From Takakia lepidozioides (Eukaryota > Plantae > Bryophyta), in contig CM060732.1 of assembly GCA_030704615.1 (NCBI GenBank), forward strand, positions 54,684,001 through 54,748,000: 64,000 nucleotides of DNA. Direction: 5' to 3'. The position numbers and the translations under genes are program-made. The notes beneath the pieces are model-generated. The model did no database searches. It was not told the DNA's origin and saw only the letters and a program-made list of their open reading frames with translations. This document shows positions 27,661-39,277 of the stretch, piece by piece. The number at the start of each line of letters is the position of its first letter. The first letter of the stretch is position 1.

Positions 27661-29149
27661 CATGGCAGTCAGGGGAGGGCCGGCGTGTGCAGCTCCCTGT
27701 GACGTTCATAGGAGGAGTTGCGGTTGCCCAGCAAGGCAAGATGCCGACACTAGCAGCATTCACAGCGGCACTGAGTTGGCCTGGAGAGTTGCTTGAGGGC
27801 AACGCTCATTCAGAGGATGTGCCACCTCCGGGAGAGCGGGATGCTGATCGAAGGGTGCAACAAGCATGGGTGGAGGCTTTTGTACCATCAGGAGAGGAGG
27901 AGAGTGCGGGGATTGCACCAGGACCACCTCAGTTGTCTCCATTGGACACCACACCTATTGTGTGGCAGTATCCGGATGAAGGCATTTGTCTTCTGGACTT
28001 GTTTGGTGGGATCAGCACCGGATTGGCTGCTGTGTTAAAGGTAGGTGTACGAGTTTGGCGTTATCTGTATGTGGAGAGGGATGAGACTGCACGACGTGTT
28101 TCACTTCGCCATGTTGCTCTGTTGGTGAAGCGGTACCCTGAGTTGTTTGCCGGTGTCTGAAGTTCATGGATATCAGCAGGCCTTGCCAGCAGACATTTCG
28201 TTGTTGGGGGCGCAGGATTTGGAGCGGGTTGGCTCCATTGATCTGGTAGTGGCAGGTTGGCCCTGCCAAGGGCATTCATCAGCCGGACATGACAATGGAT
28301 TGCGAGACTCGAGGTCGAGTCTGTTTTGGGAGATGGTGCGGGTTTTGCGCCACTTGCATCTTTATCAAGCTGTATCTCCAACATACATCTTGGTGAATGT
28401 GCCTTTGATGAGTAATTCTCGGGCCAGGGTGATGGCCAGTGTGCATCAAGTCCGGTCGTGGCTTGGGTCAGCAGTGTTGCTAGTTGCAGCTACAGTGGGG
28501 TCACGGGCTCATCGTCCACGGCTATGGTGGACTTACTTGATGCCACCCGCACTGCTCAAGCGTGCATTTGATGGGGTGCAGCGGCCAGCACATCTCATAG
28601 TGGATAGCATTGTGGACACAGGGAGGCAGCCTCAACGTGTAAGACACGATGACCGTTCGCCTTTGGCAGTGGTCAACAAGGTGGGTCAACCACGAGCAGC
28701 ATTACCTACACTGTTCAGCTTCCCAGGATCTCATGCTTTCCGGGATAGTGGACCCGGCCTCATATGGGATGCTCAGTTGCAGCAGTTAGTGGAGCCTAAT
28801 GCTGACGAGCGTGAGCGGGCAATGGGTTTTACCCCTGGGGGGTGCACTCTTTATAAACTGTGCGTATCACGTGCGTTCGTCGCCTAATAAAAAAAAACCC
28901 CTGTATACGGGTCCTTGGATAATTTATACCCCCTCTGTACATATTTTTTGAAGATTATAAAATCCACTCCTGTAAATATACAAAAATTTACAATTTTTAG
29001 AAAGTACCCCCTTTTGTATGTATATTCTCATTTTCCATCATTAAAAATAACCCTCCAATATGTATATGTATGTTTTTATATTATATCGAATTTATTCATT
29101 TAAAACATAATAAAATCTAACAAATTAATTTAAATTTTTTTTTGCCTTT

Positions 29150-32100
29150 GATAAAGTTGTTAAAGACTTTTCGGTCATTTGCATCAAGAACATATGTGTT
29201 TGACTTGACATTGTACTTTAAACATGCTAACGCGATAATGGAATCCAAATCAACCATCATGTTATCCGTCAAATCGTACGTATAGACCCCTCCTCGAATT
29301 TTTTGGTACTATGCTAACCCAATCTCCATATGAGAAGGACGCTCCAATAAATCAACAGAATCCCTACATTCTACAAACCGCTTATTGATTTTCTTCCGCA
29401 TTCTTTGAACCCTGCCCAAATACCAAGTGCCTTTGGTTGCTCCTCTGCAGGTTTTCCCTGGTCTACCTTTCCTGTTTGTAGTTTGGATCGCAGTCTCCTC
29501 ATCAACAAAAAATACAGCACAATCCGAACCCAATCCCAAGCTCGTGGCTTTGTTGCTAGTAGTTGGTTTGTTTTCTCGGCAAACAACATCGATGCACTTC
29601 TTACTCGAGTCAATCTATCCTTGGATAGAGTAGGGTTGCCATTGAGTTGGCTAACCAAAGTGCTTTTGAATATGGTCTTCCCGTCTACTTTGACAAATGG
29701 AACCACCGCCTTCGATCCATCTTTCTCTTGTTCAAACTCATCAATGACAGCATCCAGAGTATGTCTCAATTCACTTTGAACAAGTACCTCTTCCGCATGA
29801 TCATCCAAAGGTTGGCTCAAAACATCCTCCATTGAATTCGAAGGCTCCCACACCAATTCATCTTCCACGACCTCATTTTGAATATGTGTGTCTCATAAGA
29901 GGACAAATAGAATCTATGGCATCGACATCATCGCCCTCCTCTTCCATGCTTTTGAATAGCTCGGCCTCCATTTGTCTCTCAATTGTCCATGGCTCATTCC
30001 ACCAATCCAAGTTTGTTGCTTTGTTTGGTTTCATCCCAAGTTTATGGCATAAAAGTTGCGCTTCTAGAAATCCAGTTTTCAAAGCCTCCACAATGCAATC
30101 ATCCGATTGGACAGTAGAAAAGTCGGACAAATCAGCAAGGGGGATACCTGGCTTCTTCTCCAAAGAGGACCAAATGTGTTCTTGTTTCTTGTGAGCTCTT
30201 GAGAACTTGGGTCCTTTTGGATTCACCTCGAACTCGGATATGCGTGTTAATGCTCCCGCACTCTCAATCAAATCACACCCGTCATATGTCCTCTCATTCC
30301 GTAATATACCTCCCACTTTGCTGAAGAATATTTCACACACATCTGAACCAACAAGGCTCAAAGGAACTTGCACATGATTAAACTTATCCTTGAACAATTT
30401 GATAAGTAGAACCACGTAGTGGCATGAAATTTGTAAATCCAAGTATGCTTCCCTGCTAATGAAGAAGGATTTCAGATTATACACCTCGTGGTGGAATAGC
30501 CACAACTTCCACAATCTGAAAAAAATGATACCTTCGCAGCAGATTGTACCCTCTCACACAATGACATGTGAGGAGACAAAAAAATGTCGATGTAGCATGA
30601 AATGATGTATAGGTAAATTTCAATACCTTGGTCCTCTCTCTTCGATGATTCACAGTTGATTGTAACTCCCTCAAACAAGCTTGCACCTTCCGAGATGCCA
30701 GTCGTTGAGCTGCTGCCCAATTCTGTCGATATTCTCTTTTGATATCACATTCCTGAAGTCCATGCTTGTCCACTGAAAATGAATGATAGACCAATAACAC
30801 ATGATTCAATGTAGCAACCTCATCACCCAACACCAAAGTCCGTGATGCACTGTCCAAGGGATTTACCAATTTTTTCCCATTGTGGATGAAGTCCTGATCA
30901 TGGAGTCCATATATATCTCCCCCGTTGCACACTCGACCTGTAAACAACCATCCTTCCCAAGGGATGCAAAATCTACTTCCAGCCCCATTGGCATAATCTT
31001 CTAACATCACTTTTCTCCACCTACTATCTCCGTCTGAAGCATGCCAATTATAGGCCCAACCACGTCCCTCACATATTTGTCCCACAACTGTCTCACCACT
31101 TCCCATTGTGATCTCACAAAATTGTTGTCAAATCTATTGCAAGTGAGCTGGATTACCAATACCAATCGAGGTAACTGTACATGTAGAGGATTTGCTATCA
31201 ACACTCTAGCATAATGGGCAACCACATTGTTTTGAATGCCTCCACAATATGTTCGTACCCTGATTCCCCTTCTCTCACTTGCACCACAAAATTTGAAATA
31301 CATACATGGTTGTCTTGAAGCCCACAAAACTTGAGAAGGGTGTCATCCCTAGCAATCCAACGTACCAATCGCTTCACAACAGTTTCATCTTTGGCCACCA
31401 TCACTGGGATGCTTCCCATTGGAATATTTGCATCTTCCATCACATCTCTGTAAATTCCAGCCACATGCTGAAATATATCATCCGTTTCTCTCACTCTATA
31501 CTTCAAACCTTTCCTCAAAGACCGTCTTGTAGTATCAATAGAAGGACCCCCCACATTTGAAGCCAAAAAATGATGCAATCTCGGACCCCCCCAAAGCTGC
31601 ACAGTCTCAAACATTGTTTTTGTGCTAGTACCATACCTCTTCCCTTGTGGAGACCTGTCAATATTCTTGCCCATATCAACAAGAAAATCCCACAAACTTT
31701 CTTTTCCTTCAAAATCCCCCCTCCTATGTGCATCAACAATATCACGACAAAATTTGAGAGCATCTCCTCTTTCAATTGCCTCAATCCCAGACTCCTTCAA
31801 ACTCCTACATCGCACAGACAAGGATGCCACTTTGGTCCTGGCCTCCCACAATTTGAATTTCAACTGCCTCAACTCCTGTCTGTTTTTGTAAACTTGACAT
31901 TTCCAAGATATGACAACCTTCTTCCCTTGCTAGTATCTCTCTCCCCTCTACATTCCATGGCACCTCTTTCTCTATATACCCTCATTCTGAAGTCATTTTC
32001 CAAGGGAATGGAAGAACATGTTGAACATCTCAAGTTTGGAAATGGCTCCCCATCCAATGACACTCTAAAACAATCCGCGTGCCGAAACGTACCAACAACC

Positions 32101-33540
32101 TTATGCTCTTGATTGTTTAGAGTGATGGTTGCACGTGTCAACGGCTCGACATACCACTTCTTTCATCCCTTGCTATCTTGAAGGAATGGTTTCAGACTTA
32201 TTCTCTGCTGGTTGTACTCCCACCATTCATCCCATAGGCCCCAACACAAACTGTCTCTTCCTTTGTTGCATTGGGACCTTTGCTGTAATTGTCAATCCTC
32301 AATCAGATCTGCCCGTTGGGCAGCGTCAACACAAGTGTATGGAGTTTGTGACGAGGATGCTCCCATTGTTGATGCCACAATTGGATTGTCAAGTGGTGGG
32401 GACGGCAAGGCAGGTTGACTGACCAAGAAAGAGCTTAGATCCCGTTGCTTTACATCTTTGGCAATCATAGGCTTTGGAGGCCTTCCTCTCTTTTTGCACA
32501 GTCCTTCACTACTTCCAACCTTCTGGCAAATCTCTGCATCGACATGAGTTTTTCCTTTCACATGCTCTGTCAAAGAAGATTGCAAAAAACCTGTCCTTGG
32601 AAACAAGAGTAGCCACTTCGAATCAAGTGGGCACCTAATCTTTATGGAACCCAACTGCGAATAGTCTCTAATTGTGGCCTCCACAATCTCAAATCTGTTT
32701 CCAGGATTGTCCTCACAAAACCGAGCGACTTCCTCTAATGCCTCCTTCACCCTGTTCTTCTTTGCATCTAATGCTTCATCTGCATTTACAGGGCTGATGA
32801 CACATTGTGATGAACCCTTCCCATGACGCCTCTCATAGGCTATGCGATGCCCCTCACTCCTCAAATGAGATCTCATAAAGTTTGCACATGCATCATATGG
32901 TTTGTTTTTCCCAGACCGTGCATAAACATCCTCACACTCAACACACCATATGTGGAACATTGCTTGTCCTTGTTGATCCTTTGTCATCAGCTCAAACTTG
33001 TCACATCGTCCTTTTGCAGAGATTTTCCTTTCAATGGCTCTAATCTCTTTCTGCCATTTTTGAATATCGCTGGATGTAGCCAACGTGCTGCACAATCTAC
33101 CAGATCTCTGCTGAAGTGCATGCTCATGTGCATGGTCTTCATTTCCACCATCGCCAACAAATGGTGTATCAGGGTCCATCCTCATCTTTTTAGACACTGG
33201 TGCCGGGTCCTCGCCTGGTCTGTCTCATGCAAGATCGTAGAACCACTGGAAGATAGAGGTCTTTTCAATCCTTGGTCCCCATCATTTTGGTCTGAAATCT
33301 TAATGTGTACAGTATCCCCTTTCAGAACCATCATCTCTTCCTGCTTGGCTGAAAAGACACTACCCCCCATGGAAAGGAAATGAAATTTTCCTGAGACAAG
33401 CTCATCACCTAGAATTTCTACTCGGATGCATTTGTATGTGACACCTTGCATAGTGAACACAGAACCAAGCCTGTTGGTGATGCATCTCCTCCAACGAGCA
33501 GGACTTTTACTTCCAACTCTTCTTCCATGATGAGTTCACC
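29150..33540 (-). pseudogene. Degenerate P-superfamily-like DDE transposase with N-terminal C2H2-like zinc-finger regions
   Basis: AKDETVV...HASDGDSR...QDFIHNGKKLVN...GSDVCEIFFS parallels the P transposase D, D, D.xH..K..N and D..E.FF motifs. CVEC...H...H and CP...H...H near the N-terminus. Many frameshifts. Confidence 0.7.
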
Positions 33541-34574
33541 TGCAAAATGCAATGAAAACATTTCAAATCAGACCTTGATAGACCAATAACAAAGCACCCG
33601 GGTTGGAAGGTTCCAAAGTCCTGTTTTATACAACCCTATAGGCTGTCCAAGCAGGGACTACGTTGATAAGAGGATGAAATGTATACAGAAGCAAGTACCT
33701 GATTGATGAGTTTGACGTTGCTAATTCTTGCTGCTGCTATTGACCAAATGCTGCTACTTCCACTGCTGGTAGCCCTCTTGGGTGATCCTGAACCCACAGT
33801 CCATCCTTGCATCAGCGGCTAGCCCTCCCTCCACACTAACATATTTAAATACAAAGTTTGTCAAACTCCCTACGATGTTGCATGAAGAAAGCTCACCTTG
33901 TTGACAATATTGTCCCACCGTTGTGGATCATATTTATAGAGCTCCTGCCAGCGCTGTTCCTTGCTCCAAATCTGGCCCTCTTGGATGATTTTGCACCCAC
34001 GATCCTCTCCCTACATCAACAGCTACCCCTCCCTCCACACTAATAATGCGTACATCATGGCTCTGCAGCTGCTACAGTGGTTTCCAGTTGACCATCTACC
34101 CATGCAGGTTTCTTGTAGCTATCCTTCCACATGGAATCATAGGTAATCTGGAGCTTGGAATCCGGCCATCTGGAAATTTAGGGACGACTCTGATAACAGG
34201 GAAAAACAGGCTGAAATGTGTTGAAGAAGGTACCTTCATTAGCAGTCCCTCGTTCTATCAATTGCGCTGCTGCCGCTGCTATTTCCAGTTGACCATCTAC
34301 TCACATTGTCCCACCACAGACTGGGGTCAAAGAAGTATTCATTCCTTGAAAGCTTCTTTCCATCTCTGTTATCTTTTTTTAGGTACTGTCATGCTGCCAC
34401 CTTGGCAGTAACTTGCAAAGTCACTCCAAAGCACCGCAGATCCACCCAACGAGCTAACTTACAGAATTCAATACATATGCTTCAGGGCCGAGTCTGATGA
34501 GAGGAAAAACAGGCTGAAATAGGTCAAACCAGAAGGTGCCCTCAGGCTGAAATGTGTTGAAGAAGGTACCTTCA

Positions 34575-36250
34575 TCAGATCATTTCGTTCGGGCATTTTG
34601 ATGAACACTTGCTGAGCATCAATACACTCCCACATTTGCAATACATGCTGAGAAGGGCAGTTCCCACTTTGCCATCCGACTCAAATCCAGTTTTGATCAA
34701 CCCTGCATGGAGGCCCTTGCCCTGTTCCAAGGCTATTGGGGTGGTACATGCGTTCAAGATGCTCATGAAGGTGATTTTCATTTGACTCCATACCTTCTTG
34801 TTGCATTTGCTGAAAAAGTTTGAACGCCTCTTCACCATGCCCTTGCTATGTTAATCCTGCAATCATTGCATTCCATGAGATCACATTTCTCTTAGGCATT
34901 TTGTCAAACACTTGACAAGCATGCACCACATTTCCACACTTGCAATATATGCTCACAAGGGCATTCCCCGCCTGGATATCTGACACCAAAGCAGCTTTGA
35001 TGATGCTTGCATGGAGCAGCTTGCCCTATTCCAGAGCTAGAGGGTTGGTGCAAGCAGTAAGGATGTTAATGAAAGTGGCCTTGTCAGGCTTCACACCTTC
35101 TCCTTGCATGCGTGCAAAGAGTTTGAATGCTTCTGCACCTTGCCCTTGCTGAACTAATCCTGCAATCAAGGCATTCCATGAAACTACATTTCTCCGAGGC
35201 ATCTTATCACACACTTGGAGCGCATTAGCCACACTCCCACACTTGCAATACATGCTCAGATGGGCATTCCCCACTAGAATCCAGCAACAATGATGCATGC
35301 CTGGAGCCAATTGCCCTGCTCCAGAGCTGCTGGGAGGGAGCACGCATTGAGAATCCCAATAAATGTAACCTCGTTAGGTTTCACTCCTTCTAGTTGCATA
35401 TGTCGAAAGAGGTCGAATGGTTCTGCACCATGGCATTGCTGAGCTAATCCTGCAATCATTGCATTCCATGAGATCGCATTCCGTTTGGGCATTTTGTCAA
35501 ACACTTGGCGTGCATGCACCACACTCCCGCACTTTGCAATACATGCTAATAAGGGTGTTTCCAACAAAAATGTCTGGCTTGAATTCATTATTGAGAATGT
35601 GGGCATGAACCCCCCTTGCCAATTGCCAAAGCTTTCGTTTTAGCACATCCCTGAAGAAGGCAAGCACAGGTCTGCTCATATGTCTCCAAAACATTCCTAT
35701 GACACCTATGTTTGGTAAATCTTTTCAACATAATATTCCACGTGATCAAAGATCATTGAGGCATTCTGTTGAACACTTGGTGAGCATCCCTGATGCTCGG
35801 CACTTAACATGCATATTGACAAGGGTACGTGTTGAGTAGAAAAACATCTGTCGTGAACCCACTTTGGATAAAGTGAGTGTGCACCTGCTTTCCAGCTTTT
35901 GAGACCTTCCATCTTGATGCACTTAAGCAAGAGACAGACATACATATTTGAATATGCTAAAATGCCTCTTTGGTTTAGAATCTGTAGAGCCTCTGTCAGG
36001 CTGTCTGCCGCACAAAGTATCTTCACATGCCCAGAAATGTCAGAAGAGGCATTGTGGACTCCCTCTCTTGATCCTCTTTCAGAAGCTGTGGTCATGGTTG
36101 AGGTGCCTGATTTTATCATCTGTGCCGCTGCAATAGCTGCCTTTAGTTTACCATCTACCCATGTAGGTTTCTTGTAGCTACTGACCCACATGGAATCAAG
36201 GTAATCTGGAGCTTGAAGTCCAACCCTCATGGATGAATCTAGACCCACAC
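34575..36250 (-). pseudogene. PLS-class pentatricopeptide repeat gene fragment inside the TIR element
   Basis: Repeated VGNTLISMYCKCGSV..ARQVFDKMP.RN.ISWNAMIAGL.Q.G....F..MQ.EGVKP...TF..ILNAC triplets, frameshifted, with no E/DYW domain seen. Confidence 0.88.
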
Positions 36251-38629
36251 TCTATCCCTGCTCCTTCAAGCAAAAACATGGAAAAACTCTGATAACAGGG
36301 AAAAACAGGCTGAAATGTGTTCAATAATGTACCTTCATTAGCATCGCCTTGTTCTATCAATTGCACTGCTGCCGCTGATGTTTCCAGTTGACCATCTACC
36401 CGCGCGATTGCTTGTAGCTATTGATTCACAGGGAAGCAGAAAGAAACTTGTGTTTGAAATCCGGCCCTCTTGGATGAATCTGGACCTCTATCCCTGGTCC
36501 TCAGCTATCCCTGCTGTGGACAAATCATGAATACATCCTCAGCCTTGCTACTAGCAGCTGACACTGATGGCATGAAGTTCTTCCAGCAAACACCCTAAAC
36601 CCTAATGATGAGAGGGCAAAACAGACTGAAATAGGTTGAAGAAGAAGGTACAGGGAGCACAAAATCACTCCAAAACCACCATAGATCCACCAACGAGCTA
36701 ACTTGCAGAATTCAACATGAAAAAATAGGGACGACTCTACTAAGGGAAAACAGGCCGAAATGCGTTGAAGAAGGTACCTTCATTAGCAGTGCCTTGTTCT
36801 ATCAATGCGCTGCTACCGCTATTGTTTCCAGTTGACCATCTACCCACGAAGAGAAAACACAGAGGTTGAGAATATAGCTCCAACTATACCACACTTCTGC
36901 TTATCTTTCCACGATGATTCCTTCCAAGTTACTCCATAAGAACGATAGAAGGTCCAAAGTCATCCAGCTTCTGTGTTTATGTAGTGAGAAAATCACATTG
37001 AAAAAGAGAACAATGACACCGCCATGAGACTAGGTTATGGGAGCCACAATTCTTTGCCGACATTGTCAGTGCTACTGTCTCTTCTGAGGACATTGTTACT
37101 TTTCATGGTAGCTTACAGTGCCACCTCAAGTTTCGAGGCTCTAGGTGCTTGATGGTAAGGTCAATGACATGTCTGTAAATGGCTGAAAGCTGTACACCTG
37201 TCACTCCTCAGAGGCCTCCAAATACTTGAACCCATGACTCCCAATAAGGTAGCCTCATGGAAACCAACCCAGAATACAAACATTGATCTAAATACCTCCT
37301 CATTTGTGTGCCACAGCTATGGGGTGGGGCCTCAAGCTTCCACAAACAGCAGTCTTGATCTATCTACTAGCTCTAAGATTATCTCTCATTGAATATTCGA
37401 ATCCAGGAGAGGAGACACTTGAGACAGAGAGATAAAATGGTGTCTTGAGGCTTGCAGGATTTGTACTTTGAAAGTAATTTTGTTGACTACAATCCTTGCT
37501 CAAAGAGCAAGTATGGCGCCCACCTGAAGATTGCACACACAATCAGGAGATGTGTAGTTCATGCAGACAAATACATCACCAAAATCTGAAGCCTGCTAAA
37601 GTAGGTCCAAAGAACAACAAAAGGAGTAAGCTGCCTATGCTTCCCCACACCTTCACTGTCGCTCCATTGCATCCCCGCCACCACTGATGCCATCGTCACC
37701 ATTCACCTCAACCAAGCACACATGGACATCTGCTGGTGAGGTGACGGTCTGCGCATGTCAGGCACCCATGTAAAGCCACAAGCACAACTACTGGAACCAT
37801 TAACTACATGAAACCCCTACATTTCATAGTGCAATAAACCAACAAAGTGTACATAAAAACCACTAGAAATTGTGATAAAGGTACCAAGAGATGAAAACTT
37901 TGAGAACTAGAGAGGGAGAGTACCAAGACACAGGCATAATATGCTTCCCATTCCACCATGCATTCCTCCTTCTCCCATTGCCCCTTCACAAATTTCTCTG
38001 AATACCATCTGCTTCCCACCAAAAAGCAGAGATTGAAACATGGCCTGCTAAGACCTAGCTGACACGAAAGGGGCGCGGGGGAGGAGGGAAAAGAGAGCCC
38101 ACGGGAGACAGATCGCGGGGAGAAAAGAAAAAAAAGAAAAGCAAAACAACAGTGCATCGCGATTTGATCCCGCGGTGCGTCACGACACATTCTACATCCT
38201 TACCACTAGACTACTCCTACAATTCAATTACCCCCTCCTGTAAGATTATATTTAAGGTGATTTAAACCCACCTCTATATGTATAATGTTGTACATGGAGG
38301 GGTTTAAAATACCCCCTCCTGTGCACGCACGTGGCTGGTACATATTGGCTGGAGTGTACCCCCCAGGGTTTTACCACTGGTACCACGGCGGTGTCGTATC
38401 TTTCTGAGGCATCACGTCGTCAGGTGTTGGGGCAAGCAATGGATCTCAATTGCTTGACCTGGATTATCAGCTTGGCTATGGCTGAGGAATGTAGAGTGCG
38501 GAATGCACTTCCCTTGACGGTCACTCTGCCTACCGAGACAGTACAGGCAGTGAGTGGGGGCGAGCCGGTGAGGACCACAGGGTGTAGACATCCATGGCAC
38601 ACGTGGGAGGTGCTCGAGGTTCAGTCCTG

Positions 38630-39020
38630 GGGTTCGGAGGTTTAGCCTTGGTGACTATGTTTATTTGCAGCAGACTGCTCCTACGACTCTGGATGTTACT
38701 GTAGGGCGTGTTATTCTGAGGGTTCGAGAGGTGTTGCCCTCAGGAGTCCTAATCTTGGAGGGTCGGGATGACATGACTTGGAAAGACCATGTGTGTAATT
38801 GTGCGCCATGTCACCTTCCCAATGTTGATGGCAGAGTTGACCCAAACTTGGCAGTAGTACCTGCAGGTTTGAGGTGCATGCTCTGTGGGTCTGCCAAAGG
38901 GGCAGCCACCATGCTGGTGTGTGATTGATGCTCAAGGGGTTGGCATATGGGATGCTTGACTCCACCTCTTAAGAAGGTTCCTGACGGAGATTGATTGTGT
39001 CCACACTGCTTGGGATAGTG
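38630..39020 (+). pseudogene. Integrase C-terminal (SH3-like) segment plus PHD finger of the split-repeat element
   Basis: RRFSLGDYVYLQ...ILRVREVLPSGVLILEG...CMLCGS....MLVCD*CSRGWHMGCLTPPL..VPDGD*LCPHC (C4HC3). Confidence 0.8.
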
Positions 39021-39267
39021 GCAGTGGACATGACTGGAGGCAGCTAACAAGACATGGGAGGCCAAGCTCATAGGAGTCAATACATGAGATCCCAAGCTCA
39101 AGTTCACAGGTTGCAAGACGGCGACTAACGATGGGACAACTCTTGCACCCGGCCTCTTGATCGATCGAGTTTGAGTGTAGTAGGGATGGTGGTGGAGGAC
39201 TTAGTGAGGCTATGGTCACTATCACATCTTGTGGCTACCTGGACTTAGAGGGACCTAAGCACCAGCT

Positions 39268-39277
39268 AGGGGGATGA
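39268..39277 (+). promoter_or_regulatory. Polypurine tract immediately before repeat B1
   Basis: AGGGGGATGA, then T, then TGTGTGG at 39279. Confidence 0.55.

Larger units (their letters stand above)
28834..38367 (-). mobile_element. 9.5-kb TIR DNA transposon with P-element-like transposase and PPR cargo
   Basis: TIR (c)cctggggggtgcactc / gagtgtaccccccagg(g). TSD gttttacc (8 bp; alternatively ttttac, 6 bp, with CCC termini). Subterminal ACCCCCTCCTGT-like motifs at both ends. Excision restores MGFTTGTTAV. Confidence 0.9.
27960..38490 (+). pseudogene. C5 cytosine DNA methyltransferase domain (unpermuted motif order, DNMT3-like), split by the 28834-38367 insertion
   Basis: Motif I LLDLFGGISTG, motif IV DLVVAGWPCQG, motif VI YILVNVP (ENV changed to VNV), motif VIII AHRPRLWW, motif IX ERERAMGFT|TGTTA across the insertion, motif X RRQVLGQAMD. 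Frameshift near 28147. Confidence 0.88.
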
